Below the pieces are notes generated by a model. It was given only the letters and a program-made list of their open reading frames with translations. It made no database searches and was not told the DNA's origin. Below, piece after piece: positions 1 through 10,900 of a stretch of 64,000 bases of DNA. Positions within the stretch are counted from its first letter, which is position 1. Each line of letters begins with the position of its first letter. The stretch comes from Laetmonice hystrix (lineage: Eukaryota): NCBI GenBank assembly GCA_965235115.1, contig OZ249447.1, forward strand, positions 7,750,001-7,814,000, read 5' to 3'. Position numbers and translations under genes: made by a program.

Positions 1-347
1 ATGATCTGCAGTCATCCAGTATATTGACCCAGGTGTTGATGTGTTATATGACCCGCCAGTTACACCTACCATGATCTGCAGTCATCCATTGACCTAGGTG
101 TTGATCTGTTATATGACCCGCCAGTTACACCTACCATGATCTGCAGTCATCCAGTATATTGACCCAGGTGTTGATGTGTTATATGACCCGCCAGTTACAC
201 CTACCATGATCTGCAGTCATCCATTGACCTAGGTGTTGATCTGTTATATGACCCGCCAGTTACACCTACCATGATCTGCAGTCATCCATTGCCCCAGGTG
301 TTGATCAGTTACACCTACCATGATCTGCAGTCATCCAGTATATTGCC
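1..347. repeat. Tandem array with alternating 70/65-bp units, straddling the donor of LRRK2 exon 319-425
   Basis: atgatctgcagtcatcc recurs at 1, 71, 136, 206, 271 and 320. Each unit carries GATCATG|gtaggt on the minus strand. Confidence 0.95.
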
Positions 348-2978
348 CTGCAAGCCGAGACAACCACCTTCGGGTCGTCCATATGCATCAACAGGGCTCC
401 AAAACACGTGTTATGTAGTGGGTCTCTACGGGAAATGTACATAATATACCGTCAGTACAAAAATGTTGGTTAATGGCAAATCTTTACGACACCTGATTAA
501 AAGTCATGCCTATCGTCTTTCATTAATGTCATTACACAAATTATTGTCCATGACCATATTAGCAAAGATCCAGCGAGAGTATTATTGTGTTGATATCCCA
601 GTTAATAACATTGAGTATATTTACTGAAGGAGCTGGGGGTCATCACCGATGTTGTACTGAAGGTACGGGCTGAGTTCTAACAGCTTGGCCAGAGCTCGAC
701 AACATGCTTCCTGGAACAAAAACAAATATAGTGAAATCAAAGCTCATCGAGTCAGTCAGGAATACCAACGCATCCCATCAAATTATACCCATCATTTAAA
801 CAGTATGAAATCTTGATTAAACCACCACAGAATGGCATGTTTGTCCTGATGGGACTCCGTACCTGAACATGCGCATCATCTCGATGACGGCTCATTGCCA
901 AGATAAAGAATATCTGCTTCAACCCATGTTTGTCCTGATGGGACTCCGTACCTGAACATGCGCATCATCTCGATGGCGGCTCATTGCCAAGATTAAGAAT
1001 ATCTGCTTCAACCCATGTTTGTCCTGATGGGACTCCGTACCTGAACATGCGCATCATCTCGATGACGGCTCATTGCCAAGATAAAGAATATCTGCTTCAA
1101 CCCATGTTTGTCCTGATGGAACTCCGTACCTGAACATGCGCATCATCTCGATGACGGCTCATTGCCAAGATAAAGAATATCTGCTTCAACCCATGTTTGT
1201 CCTGATGGGACTCCGTACCTGAACATGCGCATCATCTCGATGACGGCTCATTGCCAAGATAAAGAATATCTGCTTCAACCCATGTTTGTCCTGATGGGAC
1301 TCCGTACCTGAACATGCGCGTCATCTCGATGACGGCTCATTGATTTGAATATCTGCTTCAACCAGTTGATTTCATCGTCTTGTGTCTCTCCACTTCCACT
1401 CTGCCACATCTCCACTGACAATAATAACGTAACAGTCCACAAATATCTCATCAAGTACCCGTCTGCATTATTATTAATTTTTTATATCTCATACGACATG
1501 CGTGTATTTCCAATATTGCTAGCGCAGAATATACCTGTTTTATAGAATAAGTTGAATCCATGAGTCTGAATACGACGGTTCTCCATGAAGTTACGGACAG
1601 CGGTGAAGAGATTCTGTACGAAACTTGAGATGGACGTTCTCCTGAAAACGTTATCTAGAACACACAAAGGTCAGGTTTGGATGAGTCCTTCCAAGAAGTC
1701 ATCCCAAGGATTCTGTACCAAACTTGAGATGGACGTTCTCCTGAAAACGTTATCTAGAACACACAAAGGTCAGGTTTGGATGAGTCCTTCCAAGAAGTCA
1801 TCCCAAGGATTCTGTACGAAACTTGAGATGGACGTTCTCCTGAAAACGTTATCTAGAACACACAAAGGTCAGGTTTGGATGAGTCCTTCCAAGAAGTCAT
1901 CTCAAGGATTCTGTACGAAACTTGAGATGGACGTTCTCCTGAAAACGTTATCTAGAACACACAAAGGTCAGGTTTGACTGGGTCCTTCCAAGAAGTCATC
2001 TCAAGGATTCTGTACGAGGAGAGAAGGATCTGACCTTCTGAGACGAGGAGAGAAAGGTTCTGACCTTCTAACACAAGGAGAGAAAGGCTCTGACCTTCTA
2101 ACACGAGGGGAGAAAGGCTCTGACCTTCTGAGACGAGGGGAGAAAGGCTCTGACCTTCTAACACGAGGGGAGAAAGGCTCTGACCTTCTAACACGAGGAG
2201 AGAAAGGACGGTGAGGGTTGTCTCCAGGATTTCCTCGTCCTCCACAAACTGACCGATGACACGTTCCATAACGGCAGGCAGCTCCTCTCCAACCAATCTC
2301 GCCTCACCATCTTCTAACAGCAAATACACTCCACATTTTGGGTTCTTCAAAATCATCACCATTAACATCAGTTTTCAAATCCAGGATAAACATCAATAAA
2401 GTCTTGATGCCAACCCTTCAAATAAGGTTGATATGCCCGTTTTGTGTGATGGCTGTATCCGAGAAGTTGTAATGGTAGCCTTATAATTTACTTATAATAT
2501 GGTATGGCCATATTCTGACAATAATTTACTTAGGTAAAGCCATACCATATTCTGACAATACGTGCAGCAGTCGACAAGCCTCCAGTGTGACCACCCTGTT
2601 GTTGTTATGGTTACCAAGGGCAGCAGAAAACAAGTGAATATCATTGCTGCCAAGTAATTCCGCTCGTAGATCTGGCTCTGCATCATAATCAAAACAAAAT
2701 ATATGTTAATAATACACTTGAAGGTGAGGATGATGACGACAAACTCGACAACGTAAGTCAAAACGCTATGAGTGAGTAATGAAATGTAAGATTATCACAT
2801 AATATTTGTATTGTATATCGTGTAATTAATTGCCAACCATCTTGGATCAGACTGGTCAGAGTTCGACAGCCATCAGCTTGTGCCTCAGCATGATCAGGGA
2901 AGGCGGCCAAGGCTCGCGTTATGGGGCCAAGCGCCTCGCTGTACTTATACTGGAGTTTTCCTCGCCCTCCTGATGGCC
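319..2978 (-). CDS. LRRK2: LRRK2-like (leucine-rich repeat kinase 2) gene, N-terminal armadillo-repeat exons; partial, continues off the left edge, 5'-most exons not located
   Basis: GT-AG exons with consistent phases: 2838-2978 (ph1-1, ..ITRALAAFPDHAEAQADGCRTLTSLIQD), 2546-2677 (1-1, EPDLRAELLGSNDIHLFSAALGNH..CRLLHVLSEY), 2185-2313 (1-1, EDGEARLVGEELPAVMERVIGQFVEDEEILETTLTVLSLLVLE), 1535-1654 (1-1, DNVFRR..AVRNFMENRRIQTHGFNLFYKT), 1308-1414 (1-0, ..DEINWLKQIFKSMSRHRDDAHVQ), 625-710 (0-2, EACCRALAKLLELSPYLQYNIGDDPQLL), 319-425 (2-1, DPLHNTCFGALLMHMDDPKVVVSACRAIYWMTADH). These match recalled human LRRK2 segments IFDAMHSFPANDEVQKLGCKAL, FWLEACYKALTWHRKNKHVQ|EAACWALNNLL..IGDE and PAHREVMLSMLMH, including the HVQ|EA intron position. 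Confidence 0.85.
836..1370. repeat. Tandem array, 89-bp unit, about 6 copies, straddling the donor of LRRK2 exon 1308-1414
   Basis: catgtttgtcctgatggg recurs at 836, 925, 1014, 1103, 1192 and 1281. Confidence 0.95.
1611..2016. repeat. Tandem array, 99-bp unit, about 4 copies, straddling the acceptor of LRRK2 exon 1535-1654
   Basis: attctgtac recurs at 1611, 1710, 1809, 1908 and 2007. Confidence 0.95.
2016..2207. repeat. Tandem array, 30-bp unit, 6 copies, straddling the donor of LRRK2 exon 2185-2313
   Basis: tgaccttct recurs at 2031, 2061, 2091, 2121, 2151 and 2181. Confidence 0.95.
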
Positions 2979-4958
2979 CTTAAACAATTTTAAAAGGTAG
3001 GATATTGGTATATGAACTGAGTAGTTTAAACAGACAGAATGGCTGCAGAAAGTCAACAAAGTTGGTAAAAATTAATATCTCCAGTCAAAGAGTTGCCTTT
3101 GGCGGGGGCGGGGCGACGTTACATAATTATGTGTAGGTTGCTCTAAATCCCAATTATATTGGAGTCTGGTTGCAAAGAAAACACGAACCACGGCCACAAA
3201 TTAAACATAGGCCTACCGTTTGTGGCAACATGCGTGACCCTTTCCATGGCAGTGATCTATCTCCCAAACATGTGGTGTACCCCACAGCGATGTTTGCGTC
3301 ACCTGTTTGGTGTAAATAGAAGGTCAGAAACAACTCATCGTGTTCAGTAACAAAACTAAAACGTCTTTCTATATCATTTAGTATCGTTCCCGACTACTGG
3401 AACCAAACCAATGTGGTTAAAAGATGTACCAACTCTGCCCCCTAGTACTGTCCATCTCTGCCAAGATTTCTGTAAGACCGACAAATCAGTAAGACACGGT
3501 TACTGACTCTCACCTACCCAATTATGTCCTCATCTTCCCAACATTGGCCTCCGTCGAGAATTTGTAAGGAGATGCTCGTCTTTCACATACTGAACAACAC
3601 GTATTAGGTCTACTAGAGGAATTATGTCGGTATGTTCCAGCCTGTCGTTTCAATATCAGTGAAATTTGGCCACATTTATTAAGATCAGATATAATGATAA
3701 GAAGATATCAGTATATTGTGATAAGAATTTGTCAAGGATTGAGTGTGCATCTAACTGTGTTAGCTACGGTACACAAACCAAGATAAACGGTTATATTCCG
3801 CTGAATGTTGGTAGCGTACAAGTGAAGGTTGTGATCAAACATTTTTGTATAGTCAGGAGATAAAAGTTTCTTTCCCTTTCTTGGAGATTGTCTTCAACTA
3901 ACACACTAAGGTATTCCATAAACTCCAATAGTTTATTTCATTTACGGGAATATGACATCTCGCATTAAAGCTATTCCTCTCTTTATTTGGCCTTTGTGAT
4001 CAGTTTTTATGGCGGAATTATTTCATTTAGTAGTATATGAAACACTAACTTCTCCAATATAAGCAAGAAATGTTTGAAACGTAATTTACAATTTAACCAG
4101 TGTAAGCTGTACACAAGCATGAAAGCACGTTTCCGGTATTTAATCTAGGTCTTTAGTTTATACCGAGAGAACTCTCAACAAGGCACGTGTCCATAAATCC
4201 TTCCCTGTCGGCCCATTCTCACATTGACCCAGAGAACTATTTACATACACTCCTACTCGATTAATAGTCCAGTATTGTTTATTTTGATTACTATCGCCAA
4301 CAAGATCTTCAGACAATAGGCCTATACCTCTCCTGTATTGATATGTGGACCACAGGCTCGCCATTCGTCTATTGAGGCTACCCTATAGCTGAGTCTAATA
4401 CCGCAGGTCTAATACAGGAAATCAGGGGTCCTATATTGGGGAAACTCTTTTTCAAATTATATAAATAATATATAATATATACCACATGATCTGGTGGGGC
4501 ACTGGGGCTAAGATATGATCTGACACACTTCACGCTTCATGCCCCTCACGTTAGGGCCGCTGAGATCAGTGCGACTTTTTATTTCGTTCGCTTTATGGTT
4601 CGAGCGCTCTCCACCAGAGAGCGCCCCTTCTGAGCAAACGCCCCCTCCGCCAAGCCGGGGTGCAAGGGAATTATAGAGGCTCCAATGGTATACCACATCC
4701 TGATTTGACCTTTCACAATTATCCCAATGCAAAGAAAATAGCAGGAAACGAAAGTACAGTATGACCTCCTATTTGAGATTAACAGTAAGGCTATCTATGG
4801 GCTTATGTTGCACTGTTGGACGTAGCCTGGGCCCACGTTTTTCACTCGGACTGTCGGTGGCAGTATTGCAATCTGCCATTAAGGGTGTGCATGTGTGCCT
4901 ATATGTGAATATTTGGTGCGCCTTTATGTGAATATTGGGGGTGTGCTTATACCCGGAC

Positions 4959-5046
4959 ATAGGCGCATGCGCCTATATCTGACGATTTTTTATTTTGAAA
5001 TTTCCGTAAAAACCCGCAAAAATCCGATATAGGCGCATGCGCCTAA
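4959..5046. promoter_or_regulatory. Two palindromic GCGCATGCGC (NRF1-type) sites 70 bp apart, upstream of the LRRK2 exons
   Basis: gcgcatgcgc at 4963-4972 and 5033-5042, each within ataggcgcatgcgccta. This could be a promoter or part of a repeat family. Confidence 0.35.
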
Positions 5047-6527
5047 AAGTGCGTCAATATGGTAAATATTTTATCCGTATACACACACTGCACACGTATT
5101 TCACCCATTCATTCAGTCATTATGCCCTAAAACATAATGTTTATGCAAGTTTCCAGAATGAACATTTTATTTATCGTGTTAACGCTTTCTCTCCTCTCTA
5201 TCCGGAAACGCCGTGTTCCCAGGTCAAAATGGACAGTAGGCTTCCAACTGCTGAATACCTTTCCAGTGTACGTAGAAGAACTCTTCCTTGAAGGCTAGGT
5301 CCGAAGTACAACCTGAAAGTAGTTTTTCCATGCAGGGGGAGGCTCCTCGAAACACCCTGAAACCCCCACACACAGAAACAAGAAGTAAGGCGATGCAGGA
5401 AATGTGAACGGTGGATTTGAGGACAGGGATCTGGTCCACTTCTCATACAAAAATCAACATTATATACATTAATAAATCACATTTTCCCTCAAAAAAGCTC
5501 CTCTATAAATCATGACTATAAAAAAACCAGTGAATTGATCTACGTACTTGCATATCTCAGAAACTTTAACTTGGTCTGCATCGGCAAACTTAGCGAAACC
5601 TAGCAGACAGTGTGCAGCTCTCCACTTGAAGACGGCGACCGACGGGCACGAGGTCTGAGCAGGCGCTGGGGTTATACTGGTAATCTGAAACGTTGGAGAG
5701 ATTATGACAGACTGTGGAGAACTGGCAGAATAATAAATTATTGGGCTGGATAATAAGTTGAAGCTCTATAAAAGACGAGGAGAAACGCTTCCAGTTCAAG
5801 TCGGGCGTTTGTAACAGAACGTACGTACTTGAGATAATACTAGTGTTGTTAGAATCATCCACGACATTTCCATGTTCTTCGACGTCCACCTGTGACTGGA
5901 ACAAGACTTCTTACATAAAAACAAATCTCTAGCTTTGATGTAAATGTCTAATATGAGCATCCATAACTCCGAGAACTATATGGTAGCCAATATTATTTTG
6001 AGAAATGGGATGGAAAACGTTTAGCTCCAACTTCAATACCTTACCTGGATATAAAACTACGCTTGATCTTGAAGTGCTCGTGAAGTGGCGATTCCTCAGT
6101 ACTGAAGCCTCTGGCGGGTCGGTGTTATATGGCAGTAAACACAGATCTGTGACCCGTTTTGTATATATACTGGACATTAGTGGTGCGCTGGGTGTTTGAA
6201 AACCAGCGTGGAAAAGGTCAGAAGGCATTTATGGCAATGATGCCTTCTGACCTCTCGGCTGACAGGATATGGCTATATCGTAATGTGCTCTCTAATAATT
6301 GTGAGGACAGCATACTCATCACTGAGGGACTAGACAATCTCGTTTTCCATTTTGTGGGCAGGAGACATTGATTCATGGTGATGTATGGACTATTGTAAAT
6401 ATAGGCTTGTATGTATACGTATACGTACATACCGGGGCGATTGAATGGTACAAGTAGAAGCATGAACAAATCTAAGTTGTAATATGACGCCAGAAGGAAC
6501 TCCACAAAACCTGTAGTTTCAATCTCT

Positions 6528-6533
6528 TTTATT
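6528..6533 (-). promoter_or_regulatory. Candidate polyadenylation signal (AATAAA) for the IL17R-like gene
   Basis: AATAAA on the minus strand about 300 nt downstream of the stop at 6831. Confidence 0.4.
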
Positions 6534-6830
6534 AACATACGAATATAATTATACTGACGTTCTTCACACTAACGTATTTATAAGTCGGCATATACTGCGT
6601 CTATTTCATCTATAACAGCACTATATAGATCTATGGACAGATAGCAGTATCCCGTGACAAACGGGTACAAACAACAAACACGAACTTACTGGGAGTCGTC
6701 TCATCTCCAGTCCTGCTGGCTACAGTTATTTATCAAGCAAAATAGCTATAATTTATGTCCCTATAATTATGTCAGATACATACACGTAGTCTATATGTAA
6801 TCCTGATTTGTAGTACATAAACCGAACATT

Positions 6831-7900
6831 TCAATCGCTGATGTCACCCTCAAAGACGGACTCTGCAGAGCTAGCGCCAGATATACTCTCCGGTGGGTGT
6901 AGGATTAAGATGTCATCCAAAGTATAATCCTCCTGACAACAGCCATTTTGTTCCTCTGATACAAGGTATGTGCTGCATTTCCTGGGCTCTGATGATTGGT
7001 TGCCGTCATCATGTTGAAGGTCAGTGATGTAATCAGAACCATGAAAACTTTCTTCGTCAAACATCGCGTGTATATTTTCATGACTAGAAATACACGAGTG
7101 TGGGGGTATCAACTGTGCCAGCAGCCTTTCCGTCGAGGCATCGTTACAGAACCAGATAGACTGATTGCCTAGACCAGAATCATTCAGAGATATTTGGCCG
7201 TTTTTTGGACACATTATATCCTGTTGTTGGGAACAGAAATACTCAGAAACAGAAATCGCCTCTCCGTACGCTTCAGTGAACCAGGCTGGGTGTTCTTTGT
7301 GGAAAGAGACGGCGTCGGAAACGGCATCCAAGAGTTGCTGACCTTCTTCTGTATCCTGCCATTCCAGCTGATTCGGGCTCATCCACTGCCGGACGTAGCC
7401 CGGACAGAACTTAGAGACGTTGTAGATATTCAGCAGAAGTTCCTCCAGGTGAGATGTTAGCATGTAATGATTGTTGTTCCCCGTTAGTCTCATTAACATA
7501 TCCGGTATGGCCTCCTTGGAATACTCGAACACAGCCGACACAAACTTTCGTCGGTCTTCATACGGAGATTTCATTTGTAAGGCGACGAGGGCCGTCGAGA
7601 ACATGGCCCCCAACACATGTGCCTGCTCGGCCGCCGGATAGAAGCGGTTCTCATGGCGGGCTGTGATTTTGCGGGACACTCCCTCCGACCCGAGGACGAG
7701 CACGGTGTCGGCCGAGTTGATCTGGTCAAGGGTCCACTCCCAGTGCGACCTCTGGCGGATACTTTCCTCCTCCCACAGGTCGAGCACCACGTGACATTTT
7801 CCGATCTTCCCCATCAACTCGGCGAGTTTACAAACGACCCGAACATGTGCTTGGTTGTCCATCGAGTAGACCAGGAAAACCTTCCTGGTAGAATGAACCT
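6831..7900 (-). CDS. IL17R-like terminal exon: SEFIR domain and acidic C-terminal tail
   Basis: Lies within ORF 6831..7910. Acceptor gtggtttcag|AG at 7900. SEFIR motifs: RKVFLVYSMDNQAH..VCKLAELM..CHVVLDLWE, ADTVLVLGSEG, FSTAL, FVSAVF, YMLTSHLEELL. Confidence 0.92.
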
Positions 7901-10900
7901 CTGAAACCACTTACAGAATAAAACCTACAGTGTAGCAAACCAATGCGCTCGTTATTCGTTTTTCGAATCGGCTACGATTTGGACCAACTGCAGTCCTGAG
8001 GGCCTTCACGACTGGTTCCCAACTGAAAGTTGGTCAAAGTTGGTCAAAGTCGTGACAATGTGCGGCAGGCTTAAGATATATTCATCCCTGTAGACTTATA
8101 ACAGGAGAGAATTAGTTAGGTCTATGACCATAATATACCTGAAGAAAACCTGAATTGTTAAAAGGCTGAATTACCCGAGGATTCCATAGGGCTACGTTTC
8201 TTGTCGTCTGTATACCGCTGGGCGTGTTTTCTGACGTAAATCAGACCAATACAGACGACCAGGATTAGCGCCATGACGACCCCCATGACGGCGGCACTTA
8301 CCAGACCAGTCTTTGACCGCCGTGATTCCACTGACCCATGAAATCTCACACAGTCAGACACATCTTCAACATGAAATACAAAATCAACACCTCTTCAGTG
8401 GCCGGTTAAAAACGAGGGAGCATCTGGGGGTCACATTTTTGGCCATCAATAAGATATTCTTGCCTTTAACTGAAGGGGACTCTTATAAGAACTTTGAAAC
8501 ACTGTGATACTACTGTAATTTAATGTATACGATGGCAGAAATTACGATACATCAAATCTTTTGCAGCCTCTTCTTAAATAAATCAGTAATCAGCCAATTC
8601 CCTTTACGTCATTCTCAGTCGCCTCATATGCAGATACCACACTGCATTTGGCACACATTGATTTGGCACACATTGATTTGGCACACATTGATCAGAGTTT
8701 GTATATCTTACTTTACGATATGACTGCATTACGTACTGGTAATTCTAAAGATCCCAGTGCCCATGTTCGGGCAGGCTGCAGATGACTGGTCGGAATAAAA
8801 GGCACACGGATCAGAGTTCCTGTGTTTCAAGTGCGGGTCGTCTGGTCCACGTGATAAACATTTACCGCCACAGTCCTTACAGTTGTGGACGTATAGCTGT
8901 GTAAGACAAGGTTAAATAGTATAATCATTATACTGGGAGTGAGTGCAGAGGTGGTCATTGAATCACTATACTGAGAGTGAGTGCAGAGCTGGTCATGGAA
9001 TCACTATACTGGGAGTGAGTGCAGAGCTGGTCATTGAATCATTATACTGGGAGTGAGTGCAGAGCTGGTCATTGAATCATTATACTGGGAGTGAGTGCAG
9101 AGGTAGCCATTGAATCACTATACTGGGAGTGAGTGCAGAGGTGGTCATGGAATCACTATACTGAGAGTGAGTGCAGAGGTGGTCATGGAATCACTATACT
9201 GGGAGTGAGTGCAGAGGTGGTCATTGAATCATTATACTGAGAGTGAGTGCAGAGGTGGCCATGGAATCACTATACTGGGAGTGAGTGCAGAGCTGGTCAT
9301 TGAATCACTATACTGGGAGTGAGTGCAGAGCTGGTCATGGAATCACTATACTGGGAGTGAGTGCAGAGCTGGTCATTGAATCATTATACTGGGAGTGAGT
9401 GCAGAGCTGGTCATTGAATCATTATACTGGGAGTGAGTGCAAAGGTAGCCATTGAATCACTATACTGGGAGTGAGTGCAGAGGTGGTCATGGAATCACTA
9501 TACTGGGAGTGAGTGCAGAGGTGGTCATGGAATCACTATACTGGGAGTGAGTGCAGAGGTGGTCATTGAATCATTATACTGAGAGTGAGTGCAGAGGTGG
9601 CCATGGAATCACTATACTGGGAGTGAGTGCAGAGCTGGTCATTGAATCATTATACTGGGAGTGAGTGCAGAGCTGGTCATTGAATCATTATACTGGGAGT
9701 GAGTGCAGAGGTAGCCATTGAATCACTATACTGGGAGTGAGTGCAGAGGTGGTCATGGAATCACTATACTGGGAGTGAGTGCAGAGGTGGTCATGGAATC
9801 ACTATACTGGGAGTGAGTGCAGAGGTGGTCATTGAATCATTATACTGAGAGTGAGTGCAGAGGTGGTCATGGAATCACTATACTGGGAGTGAGTGCAGAG
9901 GTGGTCATTGAATCACTATACTGGGAGTGAGTGCAGAGGTGGTCATTGAATCATTATACTGAGAGTGAGTGCAGAGGTGGCCATTGAATTTTGTTATCCC
10001 ATTTCCACTCAAGCAAAGTTTCAAACGGTTCCTTAACTACCAGCAGACAGAACACATTTATCGGAGTGTGCTCCTCATTGAAAATGGGATCCGTTGTTAC
10101 CTAGCAACAACTCAGAACTCGGCTCTAGCTCTCGTTTGTTTTTTACATCAATCCTGTCTGTAGCAGGAGGAAGTAAAACCAAGTACAAAGTACAAATGGG
10201 AAGCGTGGGGGTAACCAAACAGAGGAAGATATGAAACATGTATAATTTACTGATAGCCATATCTATTATGGCTGTTGTAACGATTTTGTCTATTGATAGC
10301 TAATCTGATAGGAAAATGAATCACCCGTATGTAGTAGCGACCGTAGGTTAAATTGCCAAATGTCACTTCTCCCAAAACATCGTTTTCGTCCTGTACATAA
10401 CAAGAAATATATCTTACTATATAATATATTAAACTTTAAATGTAAAAACAAACACATGTGACCAATCTATTTCACATCAAAGAACGTTCAGGGCAGAATA
10501 ATGTGATACTCACGACGTATATACGGGTCGCGTTCCACACTTTGCGATACTCCCCTTCAACCTTCAGCAAAACCACCTCGTAATTGTCAACCCTGTGACT
10601 GGGCGGGGCAAGGTCAAAACTGACGTGTACGGATCGTAAGCAGGAGTTGTTGTGGACGACGACGAGCGTCGTCCAGTGTAATGGGTTTGTGGAAGCATTG
10701 ATCAGTACGGACCGCGGCACCAGGCTCCGTCTGAAGACTGCCATGGACGGGAGGAACAATTACTCACTGAGTACAGACCCCGGCACCAGTCTCCGTCTGA
10801 AGACTGCCATGGACGGGAGGAACAATTACTCACTGAGTACAGACCCCGGCACCAGGCGCCGTCTGAAGACTGCCATGGACGGGAGGAACAATTACTCACT

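Noticed and set aside
9965-10160. Alternative IL17R exon candidates (VTTDPIFNEE.. / DRIDVKNKRE..)
   Set aside because: Exon 10325-10390 gives the expected FnIII strand motif (VTFGNLTYGRYYIR) and joins in phase 0 directly to 8896.
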